Assembly: GCA_003327435.1 (NCBI GenBank)
Contig: QOQV01000004.1
Coordinates: 130,467-194,466 of the forward strand
DNA length: 64,000 nucleotides
Direction of reading: 5' to 3'
Source of the DNA: Ignavibacteriota bacterium
GTDB lineage: Bacteria > Bacteroidota > Ignavibacteria > UBA10030 > BY39
A model generated the notes under the pieces. It was given only the letters and a program-made list of their open reading frames with translations. It made no database searches and was not told the DNA's origin. The translations under genes were made by a program, and so were the position numbers. This document shows positions 42,672 to 52,090 of this stretch, piece by piece. The first letter of the stretch is position 1, and every line of letters begins with the position of its first letter.

Positions 42672-43206
42672 TGCCGACTGTCTTTCTGAGTGAGTCCGTT
42701 GGTAAACGGACGAACGAAGAATCTGATTGAGAGTAATCAGATCCTTCACTGCGTTCAGGATGACAGTTCGACTTTGTCATTCTGAACGAGTCCGTCAGTA
42801 GACGGACGAGTGAAGAATCTGACTGAAGCACTGTCAGATGTTTCGCTGGCGCTCAGCATGACCTGCCGACTGTCTTTCTGAGTGAGTCCGTTGGTAAACG
42901 GACGAACGAAGAATCTGACAAAGTATAATCAGATCCTTCACTTCGTTCAGGATGACAGTTCGACTTTGTCATTCTGAACGAGTCCGTCAGTAGACGGACG
43001 AGTGAAGAATCTGACTGAAGCACTGTCAGATGTTTCGCTTCGCTCAACATGACAGTAAAACTGATTCGCTTCATGTTTTTCTCGCAAAGAACGCAAAGGA
43101 AATCAACAAATATGTCAGATGTTTCGCTGGCGCTCAACATGACAATTACGCTTGTAATTCCAAGTGAGTCTGGTGGTAGATGGGTGATGAGCGAAGAATC
43201 TGATAC
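42640..43206. repeat. nested tandem array: 192-bp unit x2 (42640-42831 and 42832-43023), then decayed partial copies starting at 43024 and 43113
   Basis: The two full units are near-identical. Each holds perfect 7-bp-stem hairpins GTCCGTT-ggta-AACGGAC and GTCCGTC-agta-GACGGAC, plus an inverted hairpin-less copy of the same ~45-bp module. GC content is far above the local background. Confidence 0.85.
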
Positions 43207-43234
43207 CAAATTCTTAATCAAATTCACCTACTAT

Positions 43235-44104
43235 TTACCCCTTAACACTTCCTAAAGTCAAACCTGAAACAAGCCATCGACTCAATACAAGGAAAAGAAT
43301 TACAACTGGAATCATCACAATAAAAGATGCTGCCCCGTAAAGTCCCCATTCTGTTGTCATATTTGCCTCAAACGATTTCAATCCAAGTGGTAAAGTCCAT
43401 AATTGTGTATCCTGCAAAACCTGTGCTGCAACTATGTATTCAGACCAGGCAGCCATAAAAGAGAAAAGACCTGTGATCACAAGAGCCGGTGCTGCAAGTG
43501 GTAAAATTATTTTATAAAATGCCTGAAACTGATTACATCCATCAATCTTTGCTGCTTCCTCCAAACTATACGGTATCGTATCATAATAACCTTTCATCGT
43601 CCAAACACAAAATGGTAATGCAGTTGCAGTATATATGATTATTATTCCAAGGTAAGAATTTATTAAACCCAAATAAATCAGCATAATGTATAACGGTAAA
43701 AGCAACATAGTTGCTGGAAACATTTGCGTGACCAGCAAGCTCAGAAGTCCAATTTTCTTTCCAATAAAATTAAAACGGGAAAAAGCATATCCAGCCATCG
43801 AAGCAAACACAACACCCGTAAGTGTTACCACAAAAGCTACAAACGCACTATTTGTAACCCATAATAAAAATGGTCTATTGGTAAATAATTCAATGTATGA
43901 TTTAAGTGTAGCATTTTCAGGAATGATCTCAAGTGATGTGGACAATAATCTGTCGGCTGGTCTTAACGAAATTGTAACAACCTGCAAAACAGGATATACT
44001 GCAATAATTGTAAAAATTATTAAAGTAAGATGTGTTATTAACTTTAAAATTAGTTTTTTAGTATTTAGTTTTTTGTTCATTTTAGTATGCCGATTCTGTT
44101 GCAC
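43235..44104 (-). CDS. carbohydrate ABC transporter permease (MalG-like)
   Basis: Six TM segments; EAA loop EEAAKIDGCNQFQAFYKIILP. Confidence 0.8.
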   Translation of the reverse strand: MQQNRHTKMNKKLNTKKLILKLITHLTLIIFTIIAVYPVLQVVTISLRPADRLLSTSLEIIPENATLKSYIELFTNRPFLLWVTNSAFVAFVVTLTGVVFASMAGYAFSRFNFIGKKIGLLSLLVTQMFPATMLLLPLYIMLIYLGLINSYLGIIIIYTATALPFCVWTMKGYYDTIPYSLEEAAKIDGCNQFQAFYKIILPLAAPALVITGLFSFMAAWSEYIVAAQVLQDTQLWTLPLGLKSFEANMTTEWGLYGAASFIVMIPVVILFLVLSRWLVSGLTLGSVKG

Positions 44105-44975
44105 GAGTTTTTTTCATAAAGAATAAACTGAAGAACAGGAGGATAATAAATATAACCATCGAAAGTGCAGCTGCATATCCATAACGATACAAATTAAATG
44201 CAGCTTTATAAACAAAAGAAATAAGTATGTGTGTTTGATCAGAAGGTTCACCACCATTTGACACAAGCCAGATAATATTCAAATTGTTAAAAGTCCAGAC
44301 AATACCAAGTGTAATAGCAGGAATCATCACAGGTTTGATGAGTGGTATAGTTATATGTCGTAAGCGATGAAGCCAATTAGCACCATCTATTTCAGCTGCT
44401 TCATATAATTCGTGTGGAATACTTTGTAAAGCACCAAGCGCAACCACCATCATAAAAGGGAATCCAAGCCAGACATTTGTTAAGATACAAGCAATAAAAG
44501 CTTCTGTTGGACTTTTCAACCATTCGATTGCAGGTAGTGATAAATATTTTGTAATAACCAGATTGATAGAGCCATATTCATAATTGAACATACCGCGCCA
44601 GGTCAAAGCTACTATATATTGTGGAATTGCCCAGGGTAAAATAAGTAGTGTTCGATAGATTGATTTGCCTCTAATTTGTTGATTCAGCAATAATGCTAAA
44701 AACACACCTATAACTACATGGAAAAAAACATTTACAAAAGTCCAGATAACCGTTTTTAAAAATACTGCATAAAAATTGGGCTCTGTTGGATCAGTAAAAA
44801 CTTTAATATATTGTGTTAGACCAATAATCTGCCAATCCTTTATATGGCGTAAATTCATATTGGAAAATGAAATCACAAGATTGTACAAAAAAGGATAAAA
44901 AACTACTGCAAGCAAAACCAAAAATGTAGGTCCGATAAATGCTGCTATAAAAATATTTTTATAAACCTTTTTCAT
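44082..44975 (-). CDS. carbohydrate ABC transporter permease (MalF-like)
   Basis: Six TM segments; EAA loop EAAEIDGANWLHRLRHITIP. Confidence 0.8.
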   Translation of the reverse strand: MKKVYKNIFIAAFIGPTFLVLLAVVFYPFLYNLVISFSNMNLRHIKDWQIIGLTQYIKVFTDPTEPNFYAVFLKTVIWTFVNVFFHVVIGVFLALLLNQQIRGKSIYRTLLILPWAIPQYIVALTWRGMFNYEYGSINLVITKYLSLPAIEWLKSPTEAFIACILTNVWLGFPFMMVVALGALQSIPHELYEAAEIDGANWLHRLRHITIPLIKPVMIPAITLGIVWTFNNLNIIWLVSNGGEPSDQTHILISFVYKAAFNLYRYGYAAALSMVIFIILLFFSLFFMKKTRATESAY

Positions 44976-44986
44976 TTTACAAATAT

Positions 44987-46219
44987 CTATTCGTTCATTT
45001 CTTTTATTTTTCTCAATGCAAGTTGTTGCATATCCTTTGCAGCTTGTGCTGGCGATTTTGCACCACCTAAAACCGCCTGATAACTTGGCCGCATAGCATC
45101 CCAGATTGCTCGAAGTTCAGGAACCACCGGCATAGGTTTACCTCTTTCGATTTGCAGTTGTGAATTTACCATTATCTCATCATTCTTTATAAAAGGATCT
45201 TCATAAAGTTCGATAAGTGTTGGCATTGTGTTTACTTTTTTTGTTACCTCAAGTTGTTGTTCTGGAGCAAGTAAGAATTTTAACAAATCGATTATGCGAG
45301 GTAGTTTCTCTTTTTTCACATTTGAATTAATTGAATAACCTTTTGAAGAAACCATAGGTGCGCACCACAGACCAGTTTTAGTAATCTTAGGCAATGGTGC
45401 AATTCCGATATCAATACCTGCTTTTTTATATCCTGCCCACGACCAATCTCCGTTTATGATCATACCTGCTTTACCATCTTTAAACAAAACATCTGCAATA
45501 TTATAATCGGCTTCACCTGGAACAATTTTATACTTGTCTCTCAAATCTTTAATAAAATTTAACGCATCAACATTTGCAGGTGTATCCAATGTTGGATTTC
45601 CCTCTTCATCCATTACCCATCCACCAAATCCACTTAAGAAAGGTATAAAGAAAAACGGTTCGGTATAATTCCATACAAGACCATATCTTTCAGGTTTACC
45701 ATCTCTGTTCTCGTCAACTGTAATTTTTTGACCTAACTCAATCAATTCTATATCTGTTTGGGGAGGAGTTTTTACTATGGATTTATTGTACACTAAAGTT
45801 AAATGATTTCCAAGTTTATCACCTATCTGATATAAATGTCCTTTGTAGTATACCAGAGCTTTTGGATTAAATCTCCCCAGAAATTCTTTTTCAAATAAAG
45901 TATCAAGTGGTAGAATAATATCCATAACCTGAAAAGGACCAACCTGATCGGATGGACCGTACACAAGATCCGGTCCCTGTCCCGCAATCGCTGCAATTAT
46001 AAAACCAGAACGCAATTCTTCTGTTTCTTTATAAAGTGCTTCGACTTTCACATCAGGATTTAAATGCATATACCTTTGAAGTTGAGCTTCAAGAATTTCT
46101 CTTTCATCCACACGCATCTGATGCCAGATAACAATTCTGGATAAATCTTCCTGTTTCCTACAACTGGTAAGATTTAAAATTGTTATAAATCCTATCAGAT
46201 ATGTTAAAGTTATTTTCAT
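44987..46219 (-). CDS. extracellular solute-binding lipoprotein (maltodextrin-binding-like, SBP family 1)
   Basis: Lipoprotein signal MKITLTYLIGFITILNLTSC; SBP_bac_1-like length and composition. Start at ATG 46219, overlapping the upstream stop (TGATG). Confidence 0.7.
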   Translation of the reverse strand: MKITLTYLIGFITILNLTSCRKQEDLSRIVIWHQMRVDEREILEAQLQRYMHLNPDVKVEALYKETEELRSGFIIAAIAGQGPDLVYGPSDQVGPFQVMDIILPLDTLFEKEFLGRFNPKALVYYKGHLYQIGDKLGNHLTLVYNKSIVKTPPQTDIELIELGQKITVDENRDGKPERYGLVWNYTEPFFFIPFLSGFGGWVMDEEGNPTLDTPANVDALNFIKDLRDKYKIVPGEADYNIADVLFKDGKAGMIINGDWSWAGYKKAGIDIGIAPLPKITKTGLWCAPMVSSKGYSINSNVKKEKLPRIIDLLKFLLAPEQQLEVTKKVNTMPTLIELYEDPFIKNDEIMVNSQLQIERGKPMPVVPELRAIWDAMRPSYQAVLGGAKSPAQAAKDMQQLALRKIKEMNE

Positions 46220-48147
46220 CAAATCGATACCACCAGGCATTGAAATGGTTTTAAATACACACTTAAATTTCCTTTTTCTAAATCATATGTTTTATCTTGT
46301 AGCAGATCCTTAACAGTTTGTTTTTTGGTTGATAAATCTATTTTTAATTTTTGTTTTTTATTTAAGCTGTTTGCAATAACGACTACTCTGTTCCTATTTT
46401 TTCTTTCAAAAACGATAATGTTTTCATCTGGAATATGATGGAAGATAAAACTTTTAGGTGAGGAATTTAGAATTAATTTTTCATATTTTTTTCTTAATAA
46501 AGAAACCTTTCTGATAAAATTGATGAATTCATTCTTACATTCCCAATTAAAAGCGTATTCACTGAAAAGCGGTAGCGTGTTGGATGGATAAAGGTACAAT
46601 TCTTCCGGTTTAAAATCTAAACCAGTGTTAATAGGAAATGTCTCACCTATTTCAAAACCATTATGGATAAAAGGAATTGCCGGAATGAAATTATTAATTA
46701 CCCATGTATATTTTGAAAATCCCACTGAATTATATCGTGCTGCTGCGCGTGGAGTATTATGACTTTCGGCTGTCGCAAAAAAGGGAATTGGATAACCCTC
46801 ATCTGAAAATGTATACAACATTTTTTTGAATTTCGAAGTATCATGTTCTACTGACCAGGCAAAACCAATTACAGCATTATACCCTTCCTGAAGTGATTTT
46901 TCAGATACGGAAAAATTTTCATCCCAGAACGCAAAATCAGGATTAATATCGCGAGCGGCTTTAATCATTTTTTGCTTCAATTCCATCGGAAGAGCATGTC
47001 CCATATCTATCATTACACCGTCGATACCGAAAGTTCTCTGGTAATGAGGAATGATTCCAATTATTTTTTCCCAAAGAGATTTATTGATATTCTCACTTCG
47101 TGCCAAACTGGAATCATACATCCTGACGGTGTTATATGCTATATAATTGAAATCTGGATGGTCATACAACTTTAAATAAGTTACATCTCCCCATGGTGGT
47201 TGAACATCATTCGGAGGCCAATCGGCAAACGCACCAGGAATTCTAACCCTTGTCCCATCATCAAGAACGCCAATCAATCTTGAACCTTCTTTGTGAATTG
47301 TTTCTTTTGCTGGAGGTTTAGTAAACATTTCACGATAAACTTTATGAGGTGGAATTAATGTATCAAAATTATTTTCGCTCACAGATAAAAATATTTTTTC
47401 TAATTCCTGTCTGGTAAAAATTGGTGGACCGTATTTGCTTTCATCATTTGAACCTATATGTCTATCTTCTATGTCTTCTCTGATCCAGTAGTACCACTCG
47501 GGATGTTCTTTTATCCAATCAGCGTCTTTAGCGCTTGTTCGAAATACAAATTCCACTACAATTTTTATATTTAACTTATGTGCAGCTTCTACAAAAGCTG
47601 AAAATTCAATATCAGCTCCAACACCTAAATTGGGTTCGCTCAAATTGGGATCCAGCTCATACGGATTTTTTATCGCATAAGGTGAACCAAGTGTTCCTTT
47701 GTTCCCGTCGCTTCCAATTGATGTAATTGGTAAAAGATGAATTGTATTTACACCCAATGATTTTATATAAGGTAACAGTGCTATTGCTTTCATAAAAGAA
47801 CCTGTCTCTCTAAAACCTTCTTCATTAACAGGCAAATCCAACTTTCCGTTTCTACTGTGGTTGAAAGCTGTACCAACTCTAACAAATAAATTATATACCA
47901 CTGCCCTCTTCGTCCATTCACCATTTTTGGAAGAATGTGCTCTTAACGGTTTAATTTGATTTATACATTTTACTGCATTTAAAAAGAACCTGTAGGGATG
48001 TACTTTAACAACCTTTTTAGAAGGATTTTTTGGTACACGACATAACCATATAGCTGGTATGCTATAATTAAACTTCTCGTTTCTTGTAAGAGTATATTTT
48101 TCCCGGAGTACTTCTTCAAGTAGCTTCAATTTTGAGAAATTTTTCAT
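46219..48147 (-). CDS. GH13 alpha-amylase-family enzyme, cytoplasmic
   Basis: GSPYAIKNPYELDP (region equivalent to GYD.SDY..IDP), EFVFRTS (region I-like), GIDGVMIDMGHALP (region II with nucleophile Asp). No signal peptide. Confidence 0.65.
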   Translation of the reverse strand: MKNFSKLKLLEEVLREKYTLTRNEKFNYSIPAIWLCRVPKNPSKKVVKVHPYRFFLNAVKCINQIKPLRAHSSKNGEWTKRAVVYNLFVRVGTAFNHSRNGKLDLPVNEEGFRETGSFMKAIALLPYIKSLGVNTIHLLPITSIGSDGNKGTLGSPYAIKNPYELDPNLSEPNLGVGADIEFSAFVEAAHKLNIKIVVEFVFRTSAKDADWIKEHPEWYYWIREDIEDRHIGSNDESKYGPPIFTRQELEKIFLSVSENNFDTLIPPHKVYREMFTKPPAKETIHKEGSRLIGVLDDGTRVRIPGAFADWPPNDVQPPWGDVTYLKLYDHPDFNYIAYNTVRMYDSSLARSENINKSLWEKIIGIIPHYQRTFGIDGVMIDMGHALPMELKQKMIKAARDINPDFAFWDENFSVSEKSLQEGYNAVIGFAWSVEHDTSKFKKMLYTFSDEGYPIPFFATAESHNTPRAAARYNSVGFSKYTWVINNFIPAIPFIHNGFEIGETFPINTGLDFKPEELYLYPSNTLPLFSEYAFNWECKNEFINFIRKVSLLRKKYEKLILNSSPKSFIFHHIPDENIIVFERKNRNRVVVIANSLNKKQKLKIDLSTKKQTVKDLLQDKTYDLEKGNLSVYLKPFQCLVVSI

Positions 48148-48204
48148 TTTCCTTCTTTTAAAAATTCCGTATAACTTATAAAATTATATTGAATGGTGCA
48201 AGTT

Positions 48205-51200
48205 TTAAAATGTTTTTAAGATATCATAAACATTTGGAAGATTTGGGTTCGTTTTACCACCACCAGACCATTCACTTTCTATACTATCAACATTTCGGAA
48301 ATCTCCTAATCCAGCACCACCATGATCATCCTGTGCACCAACAAGTACAATAAATCGCCAGTTTCTTTCTGGTTTTTCAATAATTTCAACCGGTAGACTG
48401 AAAGAAACTATGGAGTTTGAAATATCTCCCAACGGATTATTTACATCTGAATCAACTGGAACATATAATGCTATAATATCACCTTTTTCATTCTCAATAC
48501 GCAAACCACCACCAACATAAATTATTTTCTCAAAAGCTTCATCCTCAGCAAGAACATACTTTGAATTCATTCCAATTTCCCGTCTGCCCGACTCAACCTT
48601 TCCATCCTCATCAATCGCAATTGCAATATAAGTGAGTTGAAATCCATATTCTGGATGCCAGCCGGGATTGGTCAGTTTTCTGAACTTAAAATTGAAATAA
48701 ACATTCTCGCTATCATAATCAACCTTGAAATTCAGAACATCTAAAATTCCATCTACAAAATTTGGATTTAAAGGATATTTATAACCAGTGTAACCTGTAT
48801 CATCATAAGCAGGATCATTCACATCTATCAAATTTACTGCATGTATGTTCACCTTTTTAATTTCCTTATTATTCAACAATTTATAAGTGGGTGGTTTCAA
48901 AACAGCATAGTCGGCAGATATTCTGGGTACTGCAAATGGCGTGTTCATTAAAATATCTCTGAAATAAAGTTCTCTTTCACTAACTTTTACGATTGGTTTA
49001 GAAATCTCCGGTTTACAATCACAAATTATATCCATTGTGTCGATTAAACTAACTTTAATATAAGATGAATTTACAATAGTGTTTGAACAGGAAAATTCTT
49101 TTCCATTTGAATTTAATTCAACAGTTAAAGAAATAGGAGAATATATATTAACATCTGCAATCTCAATCAGAGGTAGGTTTTTATTCGAGTAGATAATCGT
49201 AAAATATTCATCTCCAAATTTAATTTTTGCTCTAACATTTCCTAAAGGTTCTGGAATGCGAGGATGCAGATGAATTCTTCTCTCATTTGAAAAATCAAAT
49301 TGGATATTCAGATAGTCCTGATAGAAATTTCTGATGAATTCAGCTAAACTCCATGCCTGTGAAAATGTTCCTGATAGAGCCGGTTCTTCATTCTGACTTT
49401 TTGGATGAGCATCCAGAAGTTCTGAAATTGTTCCAACAGCGCCGTGATTCAGAATTTGATGAACAAGATTTTTTGTTAGTGTATAAGCTTTTTCCTTACA
49501 ATCAAAATAGCAGAGCTCAGAAATTACCTCACCACTCAACCAGGTCCAGACAGTCCCCTGATGATAAGCAGCATCTTTTACATAAAAAGGTGGATTTTGA
49601 TGATACGGATGGAATTGCTCATCTTCTTGAGATAACGATGCTACACCATACTCAAATGTTAAATTTCTGATAACATTTGCCAAAATTTTAGTTCTCAGGT
49701 GATCATTCAATAAATTGGTGCAAAATATTTGATTCGGTCGATCCTTTAAATCAGGTGAATCATCAGCGTTAAGATGATCAAAAATAAATCCTTTCGATGA
49801 ATCCAAAAAGTACCTGGTGAAATTATTCTTTAATGAATCAGAAATCTTTAACCATTCTTCAGCAAGTTGATGTTTATTTAAAACTTTAGCAAATTCTGCA
49901 GAACAGATAAGTTGTTCATACCATAATGCCTGAACATCGTTGGCTCTGTTGCCCCGCGGTGTCCAGGGTCCATCAGGACCAACAGCATCCATCCATGTAT
50001 CAGCATCATCATGAGTGAGAAAATAAAACTTATCTGTACGATACTTCAAACTGCCCTCAATTGCTATTTTAAGATATGGAAATATTTCCTCAACAAAATT
50101 TTTATCGCCAGAATACTTATAATACTCGTAAGCTGCAATTACAAATCGCGGTGTTCCATCAGCAGTGTTATAAGATTTATGGGTGGTTGTTATAATGTTC
50201 GGAATTCTCCCATAATTTATACTACTTTCATCCTGCTCCTGAAATACTGCAAAAGAAGTTAATATTTTTCGAGCTTCAGAAAAATTTCCAGTAACAAGCG
50301 TAGCCCCGGGCAACGATATAAAAGAATCTCTTCCCCAATAGTTGTTGAACCAGGGAAGTCCTGCAAAAATACCTTTGGTCACCTGATTCATTATCAGTGC
50401 ATCCATAGAAAGTTTTGCCCACATAAGTGCACGGTTAAATTCTTCATTCTCAGTTTCCACAAATGTATCCTGAAGAACCTTTTCCATTCTATCTTTTCGC
50501 TTTTGAATCAGAATTTCAGAATTTTTCAAAACATAGTTTAACATCCTTACAGTGTGCTCTGGTGTATCACCAACACCAATTGCAATCCTGATATTATTTT
50601 CCAAAAATTTACATCCAGCAGGAGAGTAATTATTCGAAAAACTCTGCTCATCAAGCAAATTGAATTTCTTATTTGAAGCAATACCTAAATAAACGGGGTA
50701 ATTTTGCTTTTGAGTTCTTTCGGTATGATTTTTCCGAGCAATTAACAATACATTGTTACGTGCACTAATGATAAAATCTGATTTCTTTTTAAAATCGCTT
50801 ACAAGTGGAAAGAACGAAACTTTTTGAGTTTTAGGCAATTTAATATTCACAATAACAACTGGGAAACTATCTAACAATGTGAGGGTTTCTTCTACTCCAT
50901 TGTTGTAAATTCTCTTCAATTGATAAGGGAGAACAAGTGCTTTCTTTACAAAATTTCTTTTAAGAAGTGATTCGTCCAATTGAAATAGATAATCTTCAAG
51001 ATATTCTCTTCCAAAAACATTAAATCCCTGCCAGCTTGAGCGATGTTCAGAATTCGTTTCACTATAATAATAGGTATCTTCCTTGTTAGTAAATGCAAAT
51101 TCGCGGGATGAATTTATGACTTCAATAGCAATTTTATCAACCAGATATTGTTCTTGTGCATTGCTGTAAAAGTGGAGGAATGTAAAAATTAGAGGCAAAG

Positions 51201-51225
51201 TTTTTTTTAACTCTGAAAATTTCAT
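48205..51225 (-). CDS. secreted amylo-alpha-1,6-glucosidase-type (GDE_C / six-hairpin glucosidase) enzyme with an extra C-terminal beta-rich domain
   Basis: Signal peptide MKFSELKKTLPLIFTFLHFYSNAQ. GLPWFNNYWGRDSFISLPGATL is the archaeal-type GDE_C signature. 1006 aa. Confidence 0.7.
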   Translation of the reverse strand: MKFSELKKTLPLIFTFLHFYSNAQEQYLVDKIAIEVINSSREFAFTNKEDTYYYSETNSEHRSSWQGFNVFGREYLEDYLFQLDESLLKRNFVKKALVLPYQLKRIYNNGVEETLTLLDSFPVVIVNIKLPKTQKVSFFPLVSDFKKKSDFIISARNNVLLIARKNHTERTQKQNYPVYLGIASNKKFNLLDEQSFSNNYSPAGCKFLENNIRIAIGVGDTPEHTVRMLNYVLKNSEILIQKRKDRMEKVLQDTFVETENEEFNRALMWAKLSMDALIMNQVTKGIFAGLPWFNNYWGRDSFISLPGATLVTGNFSEARKILTSFAVFQEQDESSINYGRIPNIITTTHKSYNTADGTPRFVIAAYEYYKYSGDKNFVEEIFPYLKIAIEGSLKYRTDKFYFLTHDDADTWMDAVGPDGPWTPRGNRANDVQALWYEQLICSAEFAKVLNKHQLAEEWLKISDSLKNNFTRYFLDSSKGFIFDHLNADDSPDLKDRPNQIFCTNLLNDHLRTKILANVIRNLTFEYGVASLSQEDEQFHPYHQNPPFYVKDAAYHQGTVWTWLSGEVISELCYFDCKEKAYTLTKNLVHQILNHGAVGTISELLDAHPKSQNEEPALSGTFSQAWSLAEFIRNFYQDYLNIQFDFSNERRIHLHPRIPEPLGNVRAKIKFGDEYFTIIYSNKNLPLIEIADVNIYSPISLTVELNSNGKEFSCSNTIVNSSYIKVSLIDTMDIICDCKPEISKPIVKVSERELYFRDILMNTPFAVPRISADYAVLKPPTYKLLNNKEIKKVNIHAVNLIDVNDPAYDDTGYTGYKYPLNPNFVDGILDVLNFKVDYDSENVYFNFKFRKLTNPGWHPEYGFQLTYIAIAIDEDGKVESGRREIGMNSKYVLAEDEAFEKIIYVGGGLRIENEKGDIIALYVPVDSDVNNPLGDISNSIVSFSLPVEIIEKPERNWRFIVLVGAQDDHGGAGLGDFRNVDSIESEWSGGGKTNPNLPNVYDILKTF

Positions 51226-51329
51226 TTTTTATGAAAAATATATACTATTTTGGCTTATTAAACAAAAGCTTTTTGTAAATTACTTATTGTTTTATTACTT
51301 TTAAGCTAATAAATTGAAGGAGTTCCAAA

Positions 51330-52088
51330 ATGGAAACAAACGAAAATCTTGAAGTACCCACTGAGCAAACCTCATCCCTGCTCACAAGAATTACAAATGT
51401 CTTTGCATCCCCAGGTGAATTGTTTACAGAATTAAAAGAGTCAAAACCTCAAACCACTTCCTGGCTTATACCTTTGATAATTTCAATATTAATGGCATTT
51501 TTTGTAATTGCAGCAATACAATTAAATGAGTCATTAAAATTTCAAGTTAAAGAAATTCAGGCAGAGAAGATGCAGGAACTTGTTCAAGAAGGTAGAATGA
51601 CTCAAGAGCAGGCAGATATGGCAACAAGTAGAACAGGAAGTTCGCAATCTTTTATAATATTCGGTGGTATCTCAGCAACAATTATGACCATTGTATTATT
51701 CTTTTTGATAACACTTATTTTCTGGCTGGCAGCAAAATTCGGATTAAAGTTTACCGGTGGTTATACTAAAATTCTTGAACTCTATGGCTTAACCACACTA
51801 ATAACCTCGCTCGGTTCGATTGTTACTGTCCTGTTGATGTATGTATTTGATTCAATCAGAGTAACTCCCAGCGCTGCTATATTTGTGTACGAAAGTTTTG
51901 ACATCAAGAACAACTTCCATATTATTATGTCGCAATTAAATATTTTTACAATCTGGCAGATTGGAATATTGGGATACGGATTAGCTAAATTATCGAACAA
52001 ACCAACATCAGCAGGGTTAGTTTTAAGTTATGCTTTATGGTTAATCTGGGTTATTGCCTCCACATTTATGGGACTGGGATTCAGGTAA
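51330..52088 (+). CDS. Yip1-domain (DUF1282-like) 5-TM membrane protein
   Basis: Soluble N-terminus, TM1, an ~45-aa charged loop (KEIQAEKMQELVQEGRMTQEQADMATSR), then four further TM helices. Confidence 0.6.
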   Translation: METNENLEVPTEQTSSLLTRITNVFASPGELFTELKESKPQTTSWLIPLIISILMAFFVIAAIQLNESLKFQVKEIQAEKMQELVQEGRMTQEQADMATSRTGSSQSFIIFGGISATIMTIVLFFLITLIFWLAAKFGLKFTGGYTKILELYGLTTLITSLGSIVTVLLMYVFDSIRVTPSAAIFVYESFDIKNNFHIIMSQLNIFTIWQIGILGYGLAKLSNKPTSAGLVLSYALWLIWVIASTFMGLGFR

Positions 52089-52090
52089 AA

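Noticed and set aside
42576-43206. CRISPR array
   Set aside because: The repeat units are contiguous or nested rather than separated by unique spacers of regular length. The whole 192-bp block repeats, and no cas genes are in the window.
42853-43227. 124-aa ORF (…CHPERSEGS…MLSEAKHLT…) as a protein-coding gene
   Set aside because: It lies entirely within the tandem repeat array, and its sequence is just the translated repeat units. This is a typical spurious hypothetical generated by such repeats.
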